Of a stretch of DNA of 29,119 bases, positions 1 to 8,559 are shown piece by piece (positions within the stretch are counted from its first letter, which is position 1; the number at the start of each line of letters is the position of its first letter). The notes under the pieces are model-generated. The model was not told where the DNA came from. It saw only the letters and a program-made list of their open reading frames with translations, and searched no databases. The DNA is taken from assembly GCA_002269645.1 (NCBI GenBank), contig NIVC01000798.1, positions 1-29,119 of the forward strand. Reading direction: 5' to 3'. A program made the position numbers and the translations under genes. Source of the DNA: Macrostomum lignano (Eukaryota).

Positions 1-878
1 GTTTGCCAGCATTTTAGAGTCTCTTCGCGAAGCAAAGTAACCGAAGCCATTTGGAAGACTGTAATGGACAAGTGTCAAGTAGCAGCTGCAGACATGCTAC
101 CGCTAGATGTTGATGGCAAATGCACGCTATTGTACCACACAAATGAAGATGTGTCTAATGCCAATTGTGAGGAGCTGCGAAAAATTGTCGATGATAACAA
201 TCCGGTGCGGATAATCAATGCAACTTGTACTGGAAGGCAACCGCTGATTGGCAACAATGCTGCTGATAGTAGCAAGCAGAAATCGGAGACAGGCCTAGCC
301 AGGCGACTATTTCTGGCGATTGGAGCACGTGTGATGTTGACTCGGAACCTATCTGTGCAAAATGGCCTGGTGAATGGCTCGGTTGGTACGGTTCGTGGCA
401 TCTGCTACGCGAATGGAAAGAAGCCGCCAAATGATTTGCCCGACTGCGTTTGGGTTGAATTCGAGCGCTACAATGGCCCGGCAATGCAAGCCATGCGGCT
501 GCCCAGAGAAGATGGTAATAGTAGTAGCAGCGAGTGTGCACGACAGTTTCTGTTGTGCCAATTCTACCAGTATCAAGCCAGTGGCTTCAGCGAGGCGCCA
601 GCTTGTCGAGACATCAGTTTCCGCTGAGGCTAGCCTGGGCAATCACTATTCACAAGTCGCAAGGCCTAACGATTGACAAGGCGTTTGTACAGCTGGGCAA
701 GGGCCGCAAGTCGCCGCCAGCAGGTCTGTACTACACTGCCGTGAGTAGAGTTCGTGCTTTGTCTGATCTGTTTGTTACCTGTTGCGATTTCGTTAGATTT
801 CAGCGCCTATTTTCTACAGGCGGTATTGTAGCACAGGTAAATGAACAGAAGCGATTATTAGATTTGTGCGAGAAATGA
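1..878 (+). pseudogene. pif1: 3' part of a PIF1-family DNA helicase (Helitron RepHel-like or host PIF1-like), 5'-truncated by the window, two frameshifts
   Basis: ORF 64-627 has the PIF1 2B-region motif LFLAIGARVMLTRNLSVQNGLVNGSVGTV. ORF 534-878 has RHQFPLRLAWAITIHKSQGLTID and GLYYTAVSRV (late SF1B helicase motifs). Frame 2 from base 2 reads FASILESLREAK* and frame 1 continues KVTEAIWKTVMDK. No introns evident. Symbol is family-level only. Confidence 0.9.
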
Positions 879-1644
879 GCCAGCAGTATTTGGCAGTTTT
901 TAACTGAAAATGTGCACGAATCTATATAATATAGAGCAAACAATGGCTCTGAGAAAAAACGGTGTTTGCGGTCTTAATGAAAGTCTTGCGCGTTGCTTTT
1001 GTGTGTGTTAAGTGTAGTACAGTGTTTTGTTCTTAAATAGCCGTTTCTCCTAGGCTTTGAATAGCTATATAGGACTGATTTAATTTCGTTAGATTGGGAT
1101 TGGGAAGTATAAAGCAAAATAAGCATTTCAAGTCGTCTTAAGTCGTTTTAAATCACTTTTTAATTAACCATACAGTGTTATCAGCCACCTTGCTCAGTTT
1201 ATCAGTCAAAAGTTGAATAGTTTATTTAATCAATTTAAATTCATTTTAATATTTGAAAAAGAGGTTTGATTTCGGGGTATTTCTTTTAAATTCGTTTTTA
1301 AATATTGTATAAAATGGATAAGTAAAGCAACGCGCAAGGCTTTCACTCTGTGAAGCGTGGGGCTGACACGTGTGCCAGGGTAGACTATTGACGAGTTATG
1401 CCAAAGTGCTGTCAATAGTTTGCTGTTGGGTCACAAGGATAATATATGAATTGTGATTGAGTGTCAGTCTAATAAATTTTCGGCCTGAGTTACGCAGATA
1501 ATTCTGGCGGGTACTTATGCCTGTTGGTTAGATAAGTCTCGTGCTGTTGCGTGACTATTCGGTGTCTGTTGAATAAGCTTCTTAAATATGTATGCATAGG
1601 TGTTATCTTGGTAGCTAAGCCAGTTAAAATGTATCATATAAAGA

Positions 1645-1787
1645 ATTATTGAGCAAGAAAATATACAAACACAAAGGAGATCTTTTATTTTGTAGGATTG
1701 TAGTTAGTAAGACATTAATTACGAAAAGTATAAAAATATTCACAGTTCTAGTAGTTGCTCAATAATCTCTCAATAATTGCAATTATT
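1645..1787. repeat. 12-bp inverted repeat pair followed by a perfect 16-bp palindrome; possible tiny non-autonomous element end
   Basis: attattgagcaa (1645-1656) and ttgctcaataat (1755-1766) are exact reverse complements; aataattgcaattatt (1772-1787) is self-complementary. AT-rich, so chance is possible. Confidence 0.35.
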
Positions 1788-2696
1788 CCAAGACTATAAC
1801 GTCTTTAACAACAGTTTATAAGTATGTAAGTAGTTTCCTTTTCTGTTGTGAGAGTATAGTCTAAAATGTTTATACCAAAGTGCCCGATAAATTAAAAAAG
1901 AAGCTTGTTGAAACGACAAAACCAGTCAGAGGAGTACCAGAACTCAGAGCTGTGAGTGCCATGCAGTTTTAAAGGTTGTTCTAATTGTTTATGTGAGTGT
2001 CATTTAGCAGTATTTTTAGGAAGAAATTTTGGTGGGAAAAACTGAATAATAACTCAATACACGATTTGAGTAAGATTCATAGCGCCCTTAAGTGCTGACA
2101 GCCCCCCACCAAATATTCCTTGATTTGGAAGCACTTTAGCACGTGTTCGGCACCAAATTGTACTTTATAGGTAGGCGCCCTGTTCATCCCTATCGAATAA
2201 AAATCCTACATCCGCTACTAAGCCATGTGTAAACTAAATTGGTTCAATCGACATATTTAATGGTCGGAGTTACATTCATAAATATTTATTAAGAATCTAC
2301 TGATAATTATTTCCCAGTAGAGTAACAAATTAAAGTCATATGAATAGGACCTTTATAGTTAACGGTATATCCGGTTTCGCCTTAAAAGTGCATTTTAAGT
2401 GTAGGAACATTCAAATTAAATAAACACCTTAAACTGCAAAGGGCACGGGTTTACAACAGCAAACCTTGAATGATACGCTGCAGGGCTGACACGCAAACAC
2501 GTCTGACAAGGTGAAACGAGAAGGTGCATTTTAAAGGTGCAACCTGATAAATTATAGCACAAAGTGTGCGAATGACCTGTCAGAATCGTATTAGTGCTAA
2601 AAAAGCAAGTGTTTTGTTACTTTGTATTTTGGTTTTTTGTCTTAGATTGATTTTAAATTTCGTCTACTATATTGGCTTCTTACGTAATTTCGGGAC

Positions 2697-2971
2697 TAGA
2701 GGAGATAGTTTCTCAAATACTTTGGTGTTTAGACGGGATCTTGGGCTCTCAAATACTTTGGGTGATTAGAGGGGATCTTGGGCTCTCAAATACTTTGGGT
2801 GATTAAAAAAGATTATGGGCTCTCAAATACTGTGATGATTAGATGGGAATGTACGTGGCTTCTCAATTACTGTGATGATTAGAAGGGATTTTGGCTTTTC
2901 AAATACTCTGCTGATCAGAGGAGATCCTGGCTTCGTGAATACGTTTGGTGATTAGAGGGGATCTTGGGTTC
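2697..2971. repeat. Degenerate 36-37 bp minisatellite, about 7 copies
   Basis: Recurrent unit tctcaaatacttt(g)ggtgattagaggggatcttgggc, e.g. starting 2711, 2747, 2784 and 2821, decaying rightwards; no spacers. Confidence 0.85.
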
Positions 2972-3354
2972 TTGGCCAAATAATTATTTGGGAATTGCGG
3001 ATTCTGGCTGCTTCTAAAGCAACTGTGGGTTTATTGGGAAAAGACGGGGCAATACGAGCTATCTAGAATGAAATATGGTCCGGTTGAAATTGGGTGAAGG
3101 GATGATTAGGTTCACTGACATACTGTATATGAATATAATTCCATAATTTTTATTGTATGCGTTATTTCATTCATTAAAATGTGTTTTTATGCATTCGGTA
3201 TTCTTGTTGTTCCGTATATGGATTTTTTCCTCAGCTCAAAATTGTTACATTTCAAGCATTTTTGACAATTTATTTTTCCACTTCTTTCTACTGTTTGTAC
3301 ATGAAATGCTTCTTTCGCATCCATATCATCAGTACTCCATTCGTGTAGTTGCGA

Positions 3355-4360
3355 AACATTTAGAAAGACCAGAAGCACTGCAAATCAGGTAAGCTTTCAT
3401 TTGTATTATTCACCATTGTCATGACTATATGACACCCTCTATTTGTTTTTTTATTTAAATGACAAAAAGTTGTAAACCAATTTGACATTTACATGTAACA
3501 CGAGCCAGGGCGTTGCGACTAAGTCATTTACAACTGCAGCGTACCTGACGTGCAAGATGTTCACCGACAGCAACCAAGGTGGTACGCAGTGCCAGTTGTT
3601 CATTCACCTGCTGGGCGGTCTGGTGTCAAACTTTCAATGACTGGCATGCATGCGATCGCTACAGCGAGACATACAGTTGAAAAACTGTTTCTGAAATTTA
3701 GAAAAACGAAAAGCACTGCAATTCAGGTAAGCTTTCATTTGTATTATTCACCATTGTCATGACTATATGACTCACTATTTGTTTTTTGATAAAAGTTGTA
3801 ATCCAATTTGACATTTACATGTAACACGAGCCAGGGCGTTGCGACTAAGTCATTTACAACTGCAGCGTACCTGACATGCAAGATGTTCACCGACAGCAAC
3901 CAAGGTGGTACGCAGTGCCAGTTGTTCATTCACCTGCTGGGCGGTCTGGTGTCAAACTTTCAATGACTGGCATGCATGCGATCGCTACAGCGAGACATAC
4001 AGTTGAAAAACTGTTTCTGAAATTTAGAAAAACGAAAAGCACTGCAATTAAGGTAAGCTTTCATTTGTATTATTCACCATTGTCATGACTATATGACACA
4101 CTATTTGTTTTTTGATAAAAGTTGTAATCCAATTTGACATTTACATGTAACACGAGCCAGGGCGTTGCGACTAAGTCATTTACAACTGCAGCGTACCTGA
4201 CATGCAAGATGTTCACCGACAGCAACCAAGGTGGTACGCAGTGCCAGTTGTTCATTCACCTGCTGGGCGGTCTGGTGTCAAACTTTCAACGACGGGTACT
4301 CAACGACTGGCATGCATGCGATCGCTACAGCGAGACTTAAAGTTGAAAAACTTTTTCTAA
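3355..4360. repeat. Three tandem copies of a ~326-bp unit
   Basis: gcactgcaa(a/t)t(c/a)aggtaagctttcatttg starts at 3375, 3713 and 4039 (spacings 338 and 326); near-identical ORFs at 3550/3876 and 3744/4070 are offset by 326. Confidence 0.95.
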
Positions 4361-4370
4361 CAACGATGCT

Positions 4371-5094
4371 TATCTGATGATTGTAGTAAAAGTTCTCGGA
4401 ATATTTACTACAATATTCACTTCATTCAAACTTATTATTATTTTTATTAATTTATTAGTATTCAATGTAATTTGCATCAGAGGCAATAACCTCCTGCCAA
4501 CGTCCATACAGAGAATGGATGCTTTTGCGGTACCACTCGGAGTTGTGAGAGTCGAATAAGTCACGCAGATGCTTCTCCAAGTCCTCCTCATCTTTGAAGC
4601 TGTGAGCAGCCATGGACTGGCTGAGCGCGGCAAAAGGTGGTAGTCGGTAGGCACAAGATCTGGGCTGTAATATGGGTGGAGAAGAACTTCCCAACCCAGC
4701 GTCAGCAGCATTGAGAATGGCCAGATATCTAGGTCACGAGTTGCCAGTTTATGCGACACCCAGCACTTGAGTTTAGCTTTTAGATTTCAAAACATAACGC
4801 CTGTTGTCTGCTGATTGTTCTACGCGATGAGCACTTCCAGGGCATCGTCATCATTGAGTTCAGGTGAACGCTCACTTCAAGACGTGTCCTCAAGGCCCAG
4901 TTGTCCATTCTTGTAGCGCTTGTACGAGCTACCAATCCTACACCCTGGAGGTCTTGATGGTGGACTGGGAATGGGACTCGGACTGGGAATAAGTAATACC
5001 GTATTTATACTCATGAAAAAGTTCTAGAAAATTCAAGAAAAAAGTTGTATTGAAATGTTTTAAAAATTCCGAAAACTTTCCCTACAATCAGATA
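4371..5094 (-). mobile_element. Internally deleted, non-autonomous mariner (Tc1/mariner) DNA transposon, ~720 bp
   Basis: Left end TA-tctgatgattgtagtaaaagttctcggaatattt and right end aaaaattccgaaaactttccctacaatcaga-TA are imperfect ~30-bp inverted repeats flanked by TA at 4371-72 and 5093-94; transposase remnants lie between them. Confidence 0.9.
4455..5014 (-). pseudogene. Mariner transposase remnant: second-HTH region fused to the catalytic C-terminus
   Basis: Minus strand from ATG 5014 reads MSINTVLLIPSPSPIPSPPSRPPGCRIGSSYKRYKNGQLGLEDTS*SERSPELNDDDALEVLIA, similar to the mariner WFxRFKxGxxxLEDxxRSGRP region. Downstream LGWEVLLHPYYSPDLVPTDYHL is the mariner HPPYSPDLAPSD motif, then after a frameshift WYRKSIHSLYGRWQEVIASDANY. 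WVPHEL and the first two catalytic Asp regions were not found. Confidence 0.9.
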
Positions 5095-5294
5095 CTTGAA
5101 TACTGTTCAAATTCCATTGATACGTCCAAACTGCAAATGAAATTGTGCATTTATTAAGTGTTATGCTTAGCATTTTTTCTGTAAAAGTCTCTCACTCTCT
5201 GTTTAATAATACCCTATTTTCTTAACCAGTTAGCATCTTGTTATATTAGACAACTTTTCACATTTAGTGTACACACTTGTATGTTTTTCCAGAG

Positions 5295-5358
5295 TGTTTG
5301 TCTAAGTCTGTCTGATCGTATGTTCATCTCTTCAACAGTCTGTCTGTCTCTCTGTCTC

Positions 5359-5396
<38 letters not shown>

Positions 5397-5560
5397 GGTT
5401 TGTCTGTTTGTCTGTTTGTCTGTCTTTCTGTCTGTTCAGCCGTTTAACTATCTTTCTGTTCATCTGTTTATCTGTCTGTCAGATTGTATGTTTGTCTCTT
5501 TTTCTGTCCATCTATCCATTTATGTATCTATCTATGAACCATATGTACGTCTATTTAATC
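5295..5560. repeat. (TCTG)n / (TCTA)n degenerate microsatellite
   Basis: Runs of tgtctgtctgtc, purest around 5341-5430, decaying into tatctatc. Confidence 0.9.
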
Positions 5561-5892
5561 TATAATATCTATAGAAGCAGTAAGAGTTAATTAAAGCTCC
5601 ATTCGACAACAACTTTATGCAGTGACCCCTACTCTCTACTTCTTTCCTTTCTCCCCTCAGTCTTCTCTCTCTTATATCTACTGCCTGTATCTGTTTTGTT
5701 CAGGGTTCAGTACCAATCGGAAAATAAATATCACCTCCCTGATCTGGATATGATTTTGGCCAAATGCGTATTAGCCCTATGCCAAAGGTTAAAGTCTACG
5801 CTTAACTGATGGCTGACATGGCAGGCTCCTTGTCCTTTAAATCCAAGAAAGCAAAGCAAATTTAAATTCCATTCGCCACTAAAACTCTTTGG

Positions 5893-5935
5893 CTCCTTCC
5901 TCTCTCCTCTCTCCCTCTCTCTCTCTCCTCTCTCC

Positions 5936-6030
<95 letters not shown>
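5893..6030. repeat. (CT)n microsatellite
   Basis: About 135 bp of nearly pure ctctct. Confidence 0.97.
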
Positions 6031-6664
6031 AGTCTTCACTAGGCCCAGTCATGAGGTCTTTTGGCCTTAGTTCTTTGTCCATATGACAAAGTTCATATGT
6101 CTGTTTTCTGTCTAACTATCTATGTACTGTTTACTGTCAGTTTGTTAGTTGGCCTGTCTATGGATTACACTATCTTCGTAAGACAGCACAAGTTCGTTGT
6201 AAAACGTTTTTAGTTGAGTAGCGTTAAAACATTAATATTTTCCAGTAGCGCAATAGCCTTAGCGCAAACGGAGTATAATTAGGATTTTTTACAAATATTA
6301 ACAAAGGTTAACAAATTAGCCTAAACAGTTTTATAAATTAACGTAATTAAATTGCCATATTGTCACTCCTGTCAAAGTGTATTCTACTTATATTAGCAGC
6401 TAAGCTTTGCTACTCTCCCTTTTGAGTACTTTTTTATTCCGTTTCTTAAAAAATACAATTTTCATTTTAATAGAATTTTATAAAATTTTGAATTCGTTCC
6501 ATTTAATTTATAAAAGTTGATAAGGTAGTCAAATACCAACTCAAAGTAATGTTCGTGATTAGCCTATTGAGAATTTATACGAGCAGTGCAGTCTATGTAC
6601 AGACGACACATTACAGACAGACAGTCACACAGCTAATATTAGTTGCACAACTTTCTTCTTTCAG

Positions 6665-7167
6665 ATGATCGTAAAACTATATTTCAATGAACAGGGAGGC
6701 GGGCGAGGCGAAGGCGGGCGAGGCGGTGGCGGGCGAGGCGGAGGCGGGCGAGGCAGAGGCGGAGGCGGGCGAGGCGGAGGCGGAGGCGGACGAGGCGGAG
6801 GCGGAGGCGGAAGCGGAGGCGGAAGCGGAGGCGGAGGCGGGCAAGGCGGAGGAGGAGATGGCGGCGGAGGAGGAGATGGCGGAGGAGGAGGAGATGGTGG
6901 AGGAAGAGGAGGCGGGAAGGGTTCAGTGCAAAGTAAGTCTGAATTAGTATAAATGTGTATATACATACACGTATGTATATAAATAGCAAAAACGCTTACA
7001 ATCATTTCTATATTGTAGAGAGATGCTTCGTCTGTAAGAAAATAGGGCACATTGCCCGTAACTGCTGGAAAAAAAAAACAGCAGACAAAGCAACAAGAGC
7101 AGCCGCAACAGCAGACAACGCAACAAGAGCAGCAGGAGAAGCAGGGATGACAGTGCATTTGGACTGA
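6665..7167 (+). CDS. Two-exon Gly/Arg-rich (RGG) plus CCHC zinc-knuckle protein or gag-like fragment; exons 6665-6932 and 7019-7167, intron 6933-7018
   Basis: ctttcttctttcAG acceptor ends at 6664. The exon encodes GGGRGEGGRGGGGRGGGG...GKGSVQ. GTAAGT donor at 6933, ttctatattgtAG acceptor at 7018. The phase-1 join gives VQ-K-RCFVCKKIGHIARNCW (CX2CX4HX4C), stop at 7165-7167. The 5' end is uncertain (ATG directly after an acceptor). Confidence 0.65.
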
Positions 7168-7189
7168 GGGTAGTTTTGTGTACTAATGG

Positions 7190-7560
7190 CTAAATGAAAG
7201 GGAATAGAGAAAAGAGAAAAGGAAAGAGTAGATAAAATATTAGATGAAAGAGAACATGAAAAGAGAGAATTAAAAGGGATAGATTAGAGAAAAGAAAAAA
7301 GAGAATAAAGGCGAGAGAAGAGATGAGGGAATTGAGAGGAGAGAGGAGAGGGGGTAAGAGAGGTGAAAGAGGAGACAGGAGGGAGTAGAGCCGAAAAGAC
7401 GAGAGAGAATAGATAAATGAGTAGAGATGAGAAGAGGGAGAGGAGAGAGAAGCGAGAGGATAAGGGAGAGAGGAGAGGGTAGAAAGTAGAGAGATGACAG
7501 AGCAGAGAGGAGATAAAGGAGAGGAGAGAGAAGATGAGAGAGGGAGAGAGAGGAGGGGAA
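7190..7560. repeat. GA-rich polypurine low-complexity tract
   Basis: About 370 bp almost entirely A/G on the + strand (gagaggagagga...). Confidence 0.9.
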
Positions 7561-8044
7561 AACCCGTGTTTGAATCGCGTAAATTTTTAGTTTGTTTTTG
7601 TTAAGCATTTTTAAAATTGTTCAAACAGTTACTGTATTTTAACTTTGTGTTTATAAATGTAAATGTATGAAAATAAAATCTTACTGATCGAATGTGTTGT
7701 TAGCGTTAAATATATAATTACAAAGGTTTAATTGTCTTCCATGCAGCAAAGTATCTTGCGCTTATTTGGCAACTCTGATTGTAGCGGTGAACATTAACGC
7801 TTCGCATTTTGATGCACAGCACGGACGGAGTCCAGACAGAATGACAAATGTGTTAACTGTTGGTTGGTGTCTGCCCAAACTGAGCTTAGCTGCGCAAATA
7901 TCATTAGCCAAATATGCTGTGCTCTTTCTAACTGCTAGGGTGGCCCTGCGCCTGAGTGGCACACTCAATTATTGCTTCTTAATTAAGTTCTTAATTTGGG
8001 TTTAATAAACAGGTCAAAGCCGTAAAAGTTACAAACATTAAAAC

Positions 8045-8163
8045 CATCGTCCCACCTTTGAAGACGACAGCGTCTTCATTTTACTAGTTGTGGGACGATG
8101 AGCCAGTAAGTAGTATAGAAAAAAATGCGAGCGAAGCGAGAATTTTTTTCTATACTGCTTACT
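8045..8163. other. Double-hairpin head of the unit (also 13132-13250, 18487-18604, 24638-24755)
   Basis: catcgtcccac (8045-55) / gtgggacgatg (8090-8100) enclose tgaagacg-acag-cgtcttca. agtaagtagtatagaaaaaaat (8105-26) / atttttttctatactgcttact (8142-63) pair at 21 of 22 positions around the loop gcgagcgaagcgaga. Confidence 0.9.
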
Positions 8164-8324
8164 TTTGCGAAATCGTCCCTGATAAGATGTGCAACAGATG
8201 TGACACACTAAAAATGACGTTTTTCAACTTTTAAACGCTGCCAATAAAAAACGGTACAACCGATTTACAAACAGTTTTTGCCAAAATGTGTCAAAGACCT
8301 AGCGCTATCGGATGCACAATAGTT

Positions 8325-8366
8325 GGTTGCTATGGCAACGCGTTTTGGTTGCCATGGCAACCAAAA
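8325..8366. promoter_or_regulatory. Perfect 24-bp palindrome containing an RFX X-box consensus, preceded by an imperfect copy (palindrome also at 13428-13451, 18779-18802, 24934-24957)
   Basis: ttttggttgccatggcaaccaaaa at 8343-8366 has core GTTGCCATGGCAAC; upstream ggttgctatggcaac. The palindrome is certain; regulatory function is not shown. Confidence 0.4.
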
Positions 8367-8559
8367 ACTGCGTTTTTTCGACTTTGTCAAAAACTTTGAT
8401 CTCAAAAAATAAGGATTGAGAATATGGCAGCGCTTAGCGAGTGGGCTCAGTAAACGCGGGCATTCAAACGCTACAATGATCAGAAATGGATTTTTTGATT
8501 GTACTTTAACTTTTAGGGTAAAAGTACAAAAAACGTGTTTTTTGAGGTCGAAAAATCGG

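Noticed and set aside
480-560. Programmed ribosomal frameshift in the helicase
   Set aside because: No slippery heptamer evident, and a second independent shift exists at ~35; error or decay is simpler.
2195-2220. aaaaatcctacatccgctact as a DNA-transposon terminal inverted repeat
   Set aside because: Resembles MITE ends from memory, but I found no partner repeat or target duplication.
2697-2971. 36-37 bp repeats as CRISPR repeats
   Set aside because: Length fits, but there are no spacers and copies are degenerate.
5704-5900. Possible upstream exon for the zinc-knuckle gene (ttcag acceptor, VQYQSENKYHLPDL...)
   Set aside because: In-frame stop near 5815, no clear donor and no recognisable motif.
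5281-6086. ORFs such as CLSVCLSV, EREREREREK and SLSLSL
   Set aside because: Translations of microsatellites.
6661-7158. Minus-strand 165-aa Cys/Pro-rich ORF
   Set aside because: Antisense shadow of the Gly-rich exon; the splice signals and CCHC motif support the + strand.
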